A stretch of DNA of 64,000 nucleotides from Nemertoderma westbladi (lineage: Eukaryota; Animalia; Xenacoelomorpha), in NCBI GenBank assembly GCA_032718475.1, contig JAUCBJ010008689.1, positions 1 to 64,000 on the forward strand, read 5' to 3'. The notes under the pieces were generated by a model. That model saw nothing but the letters and a program-made list of their open reading frames with translations. It was not told the origin of the DNA and made no database searches. A program made the position numbers and the translations under genes. Position 1 is the first letter of the stretch, and the number at the start of each line of letters is the position of its first letter. Positions 12,058-25,081 of this stretch are shown in pieces.

Positions 12058-15000
12058 ATGTCGACTTTTGACCCAGAGCTAGTTGAATTTCTTGGACTAC
12101 CGAAGGTTGACACCGCTAACGTCAAAATCCAATCCGATGGCGATCCGCTACCACCCCCAGCTACTTACATAGCAGACCAGTCTGTTGGTCTGCCGTCCCG
12201 TAGTTGGCAGACATTCCAACCCTTCGGAATGTCGGCAGATGCCAACCTACATGAGCACTATAATATTCTCGCCGATCCCAAAAGTAACCCTGTAAAGAAC
12301 CAAAACTGGCAGCAGAATCCCTCATTCTCATCCCAAGAATCCATTCTACAGGAATTATTTCAAATTGAAGACGAACACAAAAGGAAATCGCTAAATTCTA
12401 TCGAAAATTGTGGGAGTTCGTTTCCCATCGGGAATCAACCTTGGAATGATAAGACTCCCTGCAGTTCGCTCATTCCTCGATCCGCCCCGCCTGTTGTACC
12501 ACTACTGCGATCCCACTCCTGCACCACTCCCCGTGGCTCCCCCACGGCATTCTTTGATTCAGCTGATTTTCGATGTCGGATTAGATCTCAACCATCAGCT
12601 GTTGTTCCCATCTCTATTGCTAGCGAGTTTGATGAATTTATTAATCCGCAGTCAATGCACACAGAGCCCATAAACCGATTTGGGAAGATTGGTGGACATG
12701 TTTCGTCCGCCTTTGATGCACCGCCACATTTCCACCATCCCAAATGGGAGGAGCCACCACTATGCGAGAAACTAAACCAGAACTCATCGACTTCCCTCAG
12801 TAAGTGCCAGCAGCTTTTAAACCCACTGCGCGATGCGTCAGCTGGGTGGCGCCACGCTTCGTCTGGTTGTGTTCCTGGTACCACGCAGCCCCATTCAGAG
12901 AAGCCCGTTGCCTATGTCCAGCCATTCACGGCGATTAATCGTTGCGCATCGCCGTCCAATGAGACCAGCTGGACGTCTGGGGAGTGTAACGAGACCTATG
13001 GCAACCCCCCACCTCCCTACCCAGGGGGTTCCAACCTCCAAACCGAAGAAATTAAAGCGAAACCAAAACGAGTCTCTCAGAAAAAGTCCAAAAAGCTAAT
13101 TAATATTGACGAGAATTCCCCCGACTGCGTAAACCGGTTGCAACAGCAACAGACGACTGTGAAGAAACCAAAACGGAGGCGTAAGGAGCGCGTGTGTGGT
13201 GGCACAGTGGCGCCACAAGTTAATCTAACCATAGCGGGACCCACTGTTAATATCGCTAACATACACTTCCAAGATTCCAACTCTATGAACCCATCCATCG
13301 CTAATCTCAATATGCCCTATATTCCGAATTCTTTTGTTACTGACAATTGTTTGCAACGGAACTCCAACCCAGCGATTCCAACATCCACAGGTATCGTACC
13401 AAATATATCCGTCAATCAGTCACTAAAACAGGAGAGTTACACGCACCAATTACTGTGCCAACTCCCCAAACAACAACAATCCTCATCTCTCAACAACCTG
13501 CCTTACAACCCATACGTTACGGAACTCCCTGTATCCCAACCCCAGTTTAATCAACCAGCAACCTTCTCATCTTCTTTATCTTGTTTTAATGGCCCTATTG
13601 AATCTGAGATTTCCTTCAATAATTCACATTTTAATCCTCCGACTCATTTCCCTCCCTCTCAACCCCCTTGCATCCCACCTGTTCCCATCCCCTCCTCCCC
13701 TATTGCACCCAGTCCACGCACTCTGAACCGCTTCGGTAACCGCACTGTCAGCGAACTGTTGGCAACCCATAGGGCTGCTACTTCACCATCCCGATCAGCC
13801 CAGATACAAGAAACCTCCGGGAAAGGCGTTGACATGGAGATGGGGAGAACCGAGGACAATCTCCTTAATGAGATTCTAGTTTACCTCAACACGGCTACCG
13901 GATCTACCGACACCTCCATTAATAAACCCGACAGTAGCAATTCTTTGGAGACCCCTCCGAGGGTTCTAAAGCCAGAGAGACGAGAAGTGAAGGCCTGTCG
14001 TCGAAGTCTTAGCCACGAGTGCTTGGCACCTCCAGCGTACCAGACCTTGTTCTCTGGGGTTAATAGTCTACTAGGCCAACACCGGGACGCAGAAAGGGTT
14101 TCGGAGTCACCTCAGGGATTTATAGTTGAACCATCATTCGGCCAACCTGATAACTCATTTACATTGAATCAACCCCATAACTCATTTATTATGACTCAAT
14201 CATCGAACTCAGTTACTTGTACATCCGGAAATATTAAACTTGAAGCCGCAGCCAACAAACTAAATCATTGCAGTCAGTACATCTCTATGTTATCGAGTAG
14301 TGACAGTCGGTCTCACCAACTCCCATCACCGACCGAGCTCCTATACAAACCTCTAGGTATCCCGCCAGCAGCCAATACTCCCGCTAATAATCGGTTCCAT
14401 GGTTCCGACGATATGGACTTAATACAGTCAATTATATTAGCTGATAGTCGAAAACAGCCAGTCTCAGTTGGCCATAATTTCAGTTACAATAAAACAACAT
14501 CTTCCCCTTTGGCTAACCTGCCCTCCAAGGGTCTTAACATCAGCTACAATGACCCAGCTGCATCCTCTGGCAACCCAGCCTCCAATAGCCATACCTTCAG
14601 CTACAATGACCCAGCTGCATCCTCTGGCAACCCAGCCTCCAATAGCCATACCTTCAGCTACAATGACCCAGCTGCATCCTCTGGCAACCCAGCCTCCAAT
14701 AGCCATACGTTCAGCTACAATGACTCAGCTGCATCCTCTGGCAACCCAGCCTCCAATAGCCATACCTTCAGCTACAATGACCCAGCTGCATCCTCTGGCA
14801 ACCCAGCCTCCAATAGCCATACCTTCAGCTACAATGACCCAGCTGCATCCTCTGGCAACCCAGCCTCCAATAGCCATACGTTCAGCTACAATGACTCAGC
14901 TGCATCCTCTGGCAACCCAGCCTCCAATAGCCATACCTTCAGCTACAATGACCCAGCTGCATCCTCTGGCAACCCAGCCTCCAATAGCCATACATTCAGC

Positions 15001-15459
15001 TACAATGACCCAGCTGCATCCTCTGGCAACCCAGCCTCCAATAGCCATACATTCAGCTACAATGACTCAGCTGCATCCTCTGGCAACCCAGCCTCCAATA
15101 GCCATACCTTCAGCTACAATGACCCAGCTGCATCCTCTCGCAACCCAGCCTCCAATAGCCATACCTTCAGCTACAATGACCCAGCTGCATCCTCTGGCAA
15201 CCCAGCCTCCAATAGCCACAACCCAGGCTACTACGGCGATCCCCCGGCATCTGTTGAGTCTATTTCATTCGGGATCTCACCATTGGCTGTACCGTTATCC
15301 AATGAGTCAACAGGAGACCCAATGGCGGACTCAGTTCCTCGCAAACGGAAACGACGTAGGGAACGCAATGTAACGGAAACGGAACGGCTTGTAGGTAACC
15401 GAGTTGTGGACTCTCTAAATACACCATCTACCGGGTCTGAGTCCAGGATTCTTCCGTTG
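12058..15459 (+). CDS. Coding exon 1 of bHLH-ZIP transcription factor gene (low-complexity S/P/N/Q-rich region, basic NLS-like stretches, 19-aa repeats)
   Basis: 3.4-kb open frame from ATG 12058 with KKPKRRRK and RKRKRRR stretches. Consensus donor TTG|GTAAGT at 15459/15460 (phase 0), shortly before the ORF stop. Confidence 0.85.
14542..15220 (+). repeat. Coding 57-bp tandem repeat, 12 copies of SYND(P/S)AASSGNPASNSHTF
   Basis: Visible in DNA and protein; in frame. Confidence 0.97.
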
Positions 15460-15511
15460 GTAAGTTTTTTTCCAATTTTTTAATATTTGTTGTTAAACAA
15501 TAAACATCTGT

Positions 15512-16290
15512 ATTAGGGTGGTCCAAAGAAATTTTGTAAATTCCTATGGGCTACCTACCCCCCCCCCCCCCCCACACCCCACCCCCCCCCCCCCCCCCCC
15601 ACACACCAAACCCCCACCACCCACCTCCCCCCCCCACACCCCCCCACAATATCCCACTAAAATCGCGATTATCGGTAAGGTCGCGACGGGGCGTTTTACC
15701 CCTAGACTCACTTCTGGTTGTCATATGAGGACGATTTAGGTTGTTAGAAGCGCAATCATTGATTGAGTTGGGGTAGGTGGACTAAAACTGTAAAAAAGTT
15801 TATATTTCTGAGGTGCATGCCATATCTTAATTGTTATAACTTTACATAGTTTGCGAAACGAAAAAAAGGAATGACTTCATCCTCATTCTCATATTCTTCA
15901 TAGAAAAAATGTCATGCACCTCAGAAATATTACATTTGTTATAGTTTTAGTCTCAGCTTCCCCAACTAAATCAATGATTGCGCTTCTAACAAGCTATAAA
16001 TCATTCTCATATGACCACCAGAAGTGTGTCTAGTGGCCAAATATATATATATAATGCAGCTGCAATGCATCATGCCGATCGTAGTAGTAGTAGGGGTAAA
16101 ACGCCCAATCGTGAGCTACAGATGTTTGCGATTTTAGTGGGATAACTTTGGTGGCGTTGCGTTGAGCAACGGGTGGACTTCAAACAAATTGAAAAATCTA
16201 TCAGCTTATTTTTTCACCTTTTGGTACATTTTTTTTTGAGGGGGGGGGGGGGGGGGGTTACTTACAATTTTTTGTTGGGCCTCTCCCTAA
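15512..16290. mobile_element. Diverged foldback/MITE element in intron 1
   Basis: Long imperfect inverted arms (ATCCCACTAAAATCGC/GCGATTTTAGTGGGAT, TTAGAAGCGCAATCATTGATT/AATCAATGATTGCGCTTCTAA, ATATTTCTGAGGTGCATG/CATGCACCTCAGAAATAT) with ends TTAGGG...CCCTAA. Confidence 0.75.
16040..16093 (+). mobile_element. Extreme 3' tail of the RTE LINE inserted in the MITE arm
   Basis: ATGCAGCTGCAATGCATCATGCCGATCG(TAG)n matches the 3' ends of the RTE copies at about 49230-49272 and 60767-60810, and is absent from the opposite MITE arm. Confidence 0.75.
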
Positions 16291-18369
16291 CTGTATGGGA
16301 TTGTACAGTAACAGTATTTATTTACGGAATGGAAACACGATCTTTTCCTTCCGGAAATGCAATTCAATTCCATGGACTCCTCGTGGGGTTATAAATTTAT
16401 ATATTGAATGATTTACCTGGAATAGTGAAATATGATGTTTCTTGTTTCCTATTACTGACGTAATTCCTGAGTGATTGTGATTCGACTTTGGTGATGAAAT
16501 TGAATTGAACAAACTGTCAATTCCTTTAACCTGATGTATATAACAGCTGGGGGGGGGGGGGGGGGTTATAATAACAGTTACTGGCATTATTTTGGTTAGA
16601 ATAACATATAATTAATACTTAACATCGTTAATTTATCGAGACAAGATATATAATACTTCGCGAGATTAGATTTACTTTAACTTGTGTCAATTCCCCCCCC
16701 CCCCCCCCCCCCCACACTTCCTTAACATTTATTTATAAGTCTATTTGGACAGGTTGGGTGGTAACAAACATATTGGTGTTGAAGTAGCTTGAATTTGGGG
16801 GTAGATTGTCACTTGGCCCCTTTTCCATATCCCCTTGACCCATCAAAGCCAAATCTCTGTCAGGGCTGCCGCTTCTGCTAATATTGCCTCTAAGCCGGAG
16901 TTATTTTATAATGGGTTCGTATTTAAGAGAATAGCAGCTCCTAACCACACTGGGCCAATGGCGTAGGTTGGTGTAAGACACCTGCGGCTGAATACATAGA
17001 GGTAGGACTAGTAATTGGACGGGCCCTGTTGTGTATGTCCCATTCTAATCTTCCGTCTCTCTGTAGGGGTGATTATCTATGGTAGGCCCTACTTCCCGCT
17101 TCAGGGTCGTTGGGGGTTTATATCGGGGCCCTGCTTTCTATAGATCCATGGGATGGATAAGCTTGAGTGATTGACTACCAAAGTGTACCTAACCACAGAA
17201 GGATCTCTAGTAACTCGTCAGCATTTAAATTATTGACCTTATCTTGACCTTTTTCTTTATGTCCGAAACAAGTTTGCCGCGCCTTTAATCACAATATCTT
17301 AACTGACTGAAAGCCTAAAGTAACAGCTTTGGCCAGAGTGGATGCCTTACTGTATTAGACCTAAATATCACTTTGTAGTGAACCATCGGTGTTTGTTATA
17401 ATAGTAATAAATTTATCACGATTAAATTATAAAGTATAATGCGCTGCGATGTGATGTGATGATAATGACGCATGGAACTTGTATGGCGCACTCATCTCTC
17501 CTAGACCCAACCTTTAGTTCCTAACTCATTTCATCGTTCTATGATAGTCAATCTAGTTCTTCTGGTCAATCTGCCTCAAATTTATGTTTATTTACATGAG
17601 TTAAGTTGATTGCATTCTGCATTGCCTTTAAAAGTTGTAGATTTTTCCTACCCAAAAGTTTATAGTCTGAGTTACCCCATTTCATATTATTTGCCGCATG
17701 CCGTAATGCGCTAATGCATTTTCTTATCGTAACGATTAACTAATATCACTATTTGCCCTACAAACATACTATCTTCGGCGGCGCTTTCCCTTAAATGGGA
17801 TCATTTGCATTCTCTCTTTAACTAAGATATCTTATCGTTTAACATTTACTAACATAACCTTCAACATGTTATCTCGTATCCCGTCTATATAGGCTGTAGT
17901 GGTTCACTAATTGCACACACATGTCGCTCTCAATACTCATTCGCATTACACATATAGGAGAGGGTGCAGTTGTTTAGTTTGGACCATCAAGTGTTTAAAT
18001 AATATTACATGACAGTGAATGGCGTTCTTCGCCATTATGATATACCAATTATAATTATATATTTTATTCCTTTGTTATCGCCACGTGCTGATTATATATT
18101 ATACTTTTACACAGTACTAAATGTCGGTTGGTCTTGGAATCAACTCAAAACAAATCGCTATCTTATATAAAGCTATTAATTATCGATTTGGTTTGGAACG
18201 TGTCGGCTAGAACCCCTCTTGTTATTTCGTTGCTTATATATTTGCTTTGTTTCTATAAGCGTGGATAAATCATTAGAGCGGACCCCTTAATACCCCCCGG
18301 TGGTGTTTATCCTACAGTATTCAACACGTTGCGATCCCTTCCTTTGGGTGTTTATATAACATATTCCAG

Positions 18370-18418
18370 GAATTGTTATTCAAAATCTCAGAAAATCGTA
18401 GGCGTTGTTGGCTTCCAT
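18370..18418 (+). CDS. Predicted coding exon 2 of bHLH-ZIP gene (ELLFKISENRRRCWLP)
   Basis: TTCCAG| acceptor and |GTGAGT donor. 49 nt, phase 0 in and phase 1 out, which exactly bridges exons 1 and 3. Confidence 0.65.
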
Positions 18419-19244
18419 GTGAGTGAGTGAGTGAGTGAGGATACATGTATAATTATTGTATAATATAGGTAATTAGAGCTAGATGTGTTCTACCGAAATA
18501 TTGGTCATGTAAGACCCAACCAAACGTGGCTAGCGGTAAGGTGACCCAACCCAACTGGGCTAGCAGTAAGATGACCCCACCCAGTGCTGCTATAGCAACT
18601 TACATAGCAATAGGCTAACTTTTTCGTTTCTATCCAACTCCTACTACGTGGTTAACTCAAGATAGTGCGAATATTTCAATATAACCCTTAAACATGCTGC
18701 CCCAGCGTCGTTAACAGGCTATCCCCGTGTCATTAACAGGCTGCCCCCAATGTCCAATCAAGGTAACCAGTAATGACCCCCTAATTACCTTAAATAAATA
18801 ATCACGTTTGGCTGTATTTTCTTCACCTACTATTACCGGTACCGTCAATATAATACAAAGTGATTTAACTACTTCCTGCCACCCTACCGTGTTGCCATCG
18901 CCAGCTAGCTGTTATTAAGTTCAGTTATAATTTATTCGTCCGATAATTAGCCTGTAACTTAGGTTATTATTATTGTTCTTCTTTTCGAAAGATATATACT
19001 GGGCTAATATTTATTTATGCGTTATATAACAACAATAAGAATATATACCAATCAATCTGTTGCATAAATGTATTGTCCTACATCTAATAAACAATTTCCC
19101 CTTCATCCTTTTCAGCAAATTTCCAAGCCAATTAAAATAATATTCTTTTAGTTTTTCAGTCTCATTAAATGTTGTATGTCCAAAATAATTAATATCAATA
19201 TCTAGTTTGTGCAAATACATACTGAACTCTACTCCACATTGCAG

Positions 19245-19421
19245 ATAGCAGTACCAGTACCGGTACCGGTACGTCCATATCGACAGACAGACGACGTCTA
19301 CATCGGATATCTGAACGTCGACGTAGGGATTCGTTAAAAACGTCCCTGGATACTCTGAAACATATCGTTCCTAGCCTGCAGGGAGCAGTCGATCAGAGTC
19401 AGCAGTGTGTGTTGCTACATG
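19245..19421 (+). CDS. Coding exon 3 of bHLH-ZIP gene: basic region, helix 1, loop, start of helix 2
   Basis: TTGCAG| acceptor and G|GTAAGT donor. Translates ...TDRRRLHRISERRRRDSLKTSLDTLKHIVPSLQGAVDQSQQCVLLH, with the H-x3-E-R-x-R-R basic motif and L..L..L...VP helix 1 pattern. Confidence 0.85.
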
Positions 19422-22400
19422 GTAAGTGTGCGGCTACACGGTAAGTGTGTTGCTACACGGTAAGTGTGTTGCTACACGGTAAGTGTGTTGATACACGGTA
19501 AGTGTGCGGCTACACGGTAAGTGTGTTGATACACGGTAAGTGTGCGGCTACAAGGTAAGTGTGTTGCTACACGGTAAGTGTGTTGCTACACGGTAAGTGT
19601 GTTGCTACACGGTAAGTGTGTTGCTACACGGTAAGTGTGCGGCTACACGGTAAGTGTGTTGCTACACGGTAAGTGTGTTGCTACACGGTAAGTGTGTTGC
19701 TACACGGTAAGTGTGTTGCTACATGGCAAGTGTGTTGCTACATGATAAGTGTGCGGCTACACGGTAAGTGTGTAGCTACACTGTAAGTGTGTTGCTACAC
19801 TGTAAATGTGTTGCTACACGGTAAGTGTATTGCTACACGGTAAGTGTGTTGCTACACTGTAAATGTATTGCTACACGGTAAGTGTGTTGCTACACGGTAA
19901 GTGTGTTGCTACACGGTAAGTGTGTTGCTACATGGTAAGTGTGTTGCTACATGATAAGTATGCGGCTACACGGTAAGTGTGTTGCTACACGGTAAGTGTG
20001 TTGCTACACGGTATGTGTGTTGCTACACGGTAAGTGTGTTGCTAAATGGTAAGTGTGTTGCTACACGGTAAGTGTGTTGCTACATGGTAAGTGTGCGGCT
20101 ACACGGTAAGTGTGTTGCTACACGGTAAGTGTGTTGCTGCACGGTAAGTGTGTTGCTACACGGTAAGTGTGTTGCTACATGGTAATTGGTAAGTGTGTTG
20201 CTACACGGTAAGTGTGTTGCTACATGGTAAGTGTGTTGCTACATGGTAAGTGTGCGGCTACACGGTAAGTGTGTTGCTACACGGTAAGTGTGTTGCTACA
20301 CGGTAAGTGTGTTGCTACATGGTAAGTGTGCGGCTACACGGTAAGTGTGTTGCTGCACGGTAAGTGTGTTGCTGCACGGTAAGTGTGTTGCTACACGGTT
20401 AGTGTGTTGCTACACGGTAAGTGTGTTGCTACATGGTAAGTGTGTTGCTACACGGTAAGTATGTTGCTACATGGTAAGTGTGCGGCTACACGGTAAGTGT
20501 GTTGCTACACGGTAAGTGTGTTGCTACACGGTAAGTGTGTTGCTACACGGTAAGTGTGTTGCTACACGGTAAGTGTGTTGCTACATGGTAAGTGTGTTGC
20601 TACATGGTAAGTGTGTTGCTACACGGTAAGTGTGTTGCTTGCTACACGGTAAGTGTGTTGCTACATGGTAAGTGTGTTGCTACATGGTAAGTGTGCGGCT
20701 ACACGGTAAGTGTGTTGCTACACGGTAAGTGTGTTGCTACATGGTAAGTGTGCGGCTACACGGTAAGTGTGTTGCTACACGGTAAGTGTGTTGCTACACG
20801 GTAAGTGTGTTGCTACACGGTAAGTGTGTTGCTACACGGTAAGTGTGTTGCTACATGGTAAGTGTGCGGCTACACGGTAAGTGTGTTGCTACATGGTAAG
20901 TGTGTTGCTACACGGTAAGTGTGTTGCTACACGGTAAGTGTGTTGCTTGCTACACGGTAAGTGTGTTGCTTGCTACACGGTAAGTGTGTTGCTACATGGT
21001 AAGTGTGTTGCTACATGGTAAGTGTGCGGCTACACGGTAAGTGTGTTGCTACACGGTAAGTGTGTTGCTACACTGTAAGTGTGTTGCTACACGGTATGTG
21101 TGTTGCTACACGGTAAGTGTGTTGCTACATGGTAAGTGTGTTGCTACACGGTAAGTGTGTTGCTACATGGTAAGTGTGCGGCTACACGGTAAGTGTGTTG
21201 CTACACGGTAAGTGTGTTGCTGCACGGTAAGTGTGTTGCTACACGGTAAGTGTGTTGCTACATGGTGATTGGTAAGTGTGTTGCTACACGGTAAGTGTGT
21301 TGCTACACGTTAAGTGTGTTGCTACATGGTAAGTGTGCGGCTACACGGTAAGTGTGTTGCTACACGGTAAGTGTGTTGCTACACGGTAAGTGTGTTGCTA
21401 CATGGTAAGTGTGCGGCTACACGGTAAGTGTGTTGTTACACGGCAAGTGTGTTGCTGCACGGTAAGTGTGTTGCTACACGGTTAGTGTGTTGCTACACGG
21501 TAAGTGTGTTGCTACATGGTAAGTGTGTTGCTACACGGTAAGTATGTTGCTACATGGTAAGTGTGCGGCTACACGGTAAGTGTGTTGCTACACGGTAAGT
21601 GTGTTGCTACACGGTAAGTGTGTCGCTACACGGTAAGTGTGTTGCTACATGGTAAGTGTGTTGCTACATGGTAAGTGTGTTGCTACACGGTAAGTGTGTT
21701 GCTACATGGTAAGTGTGTTGCTACATGGTAAGTGTGCGGCTACACGGTAAGTGTGTTGCTACACGGTAAGTGTGTTGCTACATGGTAAGTGTGCGGCTAC
21801 ACGGTAAGTGTGTTGCTACACGGTAAGTGTGTTGCTACACGGTAAGTGTGTTGCTACACGGTAAGTGTGTTGCTACACGGTAAGTGTGTTGCTACATGGT
21901 AAGTGTGCGGATACACGGTAAGTGTGTTGCTACACGGTAAGTGTGTTGCTATACGGTTAGTGTGTTGCTACACGGTAAGTGTGTTGCTACACGGTAAGTG
22001 TGTTGCTACACGGTAACTGTATTGCTACATGGTAAGTGTGTTGCTACACGGTAAGTGTGTTGCTACACGGTAAGTGTGTTGCTACACGGTAAGTGTGTTG
22101 CTACACGGTAAGTGTGTTGCTGCGCGGTAAGTGTATTGCTACATGGTAAGTGTGTTGCTACACGGTACGTGTGTTGCTACACGGTAAGTGTGTTGCTACA
22201 CGGTAAGTGTGTTGCTACACGGTAAGTGTATTGCTACACGGTAAGTGTGTTGCTACACGTTAAGTGTGTTGCTACATGGTAAGTGTGCGGCTACACGGTA
22301 AGTGTGTTGCTACACGGTAAGTGTGTTGCTACACGGTAAGTGTGTTGCTACACGGTAAGTGTGTTGCTACACGGTAAGTGTGTTGCTACATGGTAAGTGT

Positions 22401-24267
22401 GTTGCTACACGGTAAGTGTGTTGCTACATGGTAAGTGTGTTGCTACATGGTAAGTGTGCGGCTACACGGTAAGTGTGTTGCTACACGGTAAGTGTGTTGC
22501 TACATGGTAAGTGTGCGGCTACACGGTAAGTGTGTTGCTACACGGTAAGTGTGTTGCTACACGGTAAGTGTGTTGCTACACGGTAAGTGTGTTGCTACAT
22601 GGTAAGTGTGCGGATACACGTAAGTGTGTTGCTACACGGTAAGTGTGTTGCTATACGGTTAGTGTGTTGCTACACGGTAAGTGTGTTGCTACACGGTAAG
22701 TGTGTTGCTACACGGTAACTGTATTGCTACATGGTAAGTGTGTTGCTACACGGTAAGTGTGTTGCTACACGGTAAGTGTGTTGCTACACGGTAAGTGTGT
22801 TGCTACACGGTAAGTGTGTTGCTGCGCGGTAAGTGTATTGCTACATGGTAAGTGTGTTGCTACACGGTACGTGTGTTGCTGCTACACGGTAAGTGTGTTG
22901 CTACACGGTAAGTGTGTTGCTACACGGTAAGTGTATTGCTACACGGTAAGTGTGTTGCTACACGGTAAGTGTGTTGCTACACGGTAAGTGTGTTGCTGCA
23001 CGGTAAGTGTGTTGCTGCACGGTAAGTGTGTTGCTGCACGGTAAGTGTGTTGCTACACGGTAAGTGTGTTGCTACACGGTAAGTGTATTGCTACACGGTA
23101 AGTGTGTTGCTACACGGAAGTGTGTTGCTGCACGGTAAGTGTGTTGCTGCACGGTAAGTGTGTTGCTAGGTTGCTACACGGTATGTGTGTTGCTACACGG
23201 TAAGTGTGTTGCTGCACGGTAAGTGTGTTGCTGCACGGTAAGTGTGTTGCTACACGGTAAGTGTGTTGCTACACGGTAAGTGTGCTGCTATATGGTAAGT
23301 GTGTTGCTACACGGTTAGTGTGTTGCTATGCTACACGGTAAGTGTGTTGCTGCACGGTAAGTGTGTTGCTGCACGGTAAGTGTGTTGCTACACGGTAAGT
23401 GTGTTGCTACACGGTAAGTGTGCTGCTATATGGTAAGTGTGTTGCTACACGGTAAGTGTGTTGCTGCACGGTAAGTGTGTTGCTGCACGGTAAGTGTGTT
23501 GCTACGCGGTAAGTGTGTTGCTACACGGTAAGTGTGCTGCTATATGGTAAGTGTGTTGCTACACGGTTAGTGTGTTGCTATGCTACACGGTAAGTGTGTT
23601 GCTGCACGGTAAGTGTGTTGCTGCACGGTAAGTGTGTTGCTACACGGTAAGTGTGTTGCTACACGGTAAGTGTGTTGCTACACGGTAAGTGTGCTGCTAT
23701 ATGGTAAGTGTGTTGCTACACGGTTAGTGTGTTGCTATGCTACACGGTAAGTGTGTTGCTGCACGGTTAGTGTGTTGCTGCACGGTAAGTGTGTTGCTAC
23801 ACGGTAAGTGTGTTGCTACACGGTAAGTGTGCTGCTATATGGTAAGTGTGTTGCTACACGGTTAGTGTGTTGCTATGCTACACGGTAAGTGTGTTGCTAC
23901 ACGGTTAGTGTGTTGCTATGCTACACGGTAAGTGTGTTGCTGCGCGGTTAATGTGTTGCTGCACGGTGTGTTGCTACACGGTAAGTGTGTTGCTACACGG
24001 TAAGTGTGCTGCTATATGGTAAGTGTGTTGCTAGACGGTTAGTGTGTTGCTTAAAGGTAAGTGTGTTACTATGCTACACGGTAAGTGTGTTGCTACACGG
24101 TTAGTGTGTTGCTATGCTACACGGTAAGTGTGTTGCTACACGGTTAGTGTGTTGCTAGACGGTTAGTGTGTTGCTTAAAGGTAAGTGTGTTACTATGCTA
24201 CACGGTAAGTGTGTTGCTACACGGTTAGTGTGTTGCTATGCTACACGGTAAGTGTGTTGCTACATGG
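19409..24267 (+). repeat. 19-bp satellite GTGTTGCTACAYGGTAAGT, about 250 copies, filling most of intron 3
   Basis: Directly visible. The first unit overlaps the exon 3 end and donor. Recurring variant blocks indicate higher-order duplications. Confidence 0.98.
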
Positions 24268-25081
24268 TTTGTTTTAATGAGACATGGTGAAACTGGACGA
24301 AAATATCGGCGAATTGATATCCCGCCTCAATATTAAATTATAAATTTAAGGAAAGGACCAGGTTAAATTGACACGTTATTCTAATTAAAACAATACTCGA
24401 AACTCAATAGAACAGGGTACAGTTTTATTTTTGGGAGTAATCCGTTGTTATTTGAGTTGAATTTCCCCTGGACTAAGTCCTTGCATTACCTTCTGTTTGA
24501 CACCAAAGCGTATAAATTTGATTTACATTTAAACTAATTTAATGAAAATTCAAAATTCCTTTCGAATTTTATCGAATACCTTGCTATTTCTACTGACTCC
24601 AGATAATCCCATACTTGTCTACTGTAACTTCCGTAATCACTGATTTGTTATTCGTAATCGTATTTCCCGATACTGGTACTGTTTTCTTCATTCTGTATTC
24701 TTGAATTTCATCAACAGCCGGAAGCTTTAGGAACTAGAACTAAATAATAAATGTAATGTATTGCTGGGTTATTATTGTTGACATGATGTGAGATAGAATC
24801 TCATCCCCCAACCACCTGAGGATACAAATATATTGTCTTTGATCCGGTCCATTCATCAATGCCCTTGAATGGTCCTGTAATGAATGGAATAGTTCCCAAT
24901 CCCACTATTCATATTCCCCCAGTGGCATTCTACTATTTCTGTCAAAGAAAATAAATTGAATCTCATTAAATCTGTTTGTTACCGCCCATTTCTTTCCCCT
25001 TATAGTAGCCGAGATTCCTCCCCTCCATACACCGGTTGTTTGTTTATCTCCTTACTAATTATTCACTCTTTTTTTTCCCAG

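Noticed and set aside
15460-15483. Treating ORF 12058-15483 as a complete single-exon gene
   Set aside because: The last residues (VSFFPIF) are read-through of a consensus donor, and downstream in-phase exons supply the bHLH-ZIP.
24570-24940. Minus-strand exon-like segments as an intact CDS
   Set aside because: I could not join them without in-frame stops; kept only as context for the antisense-array finding.
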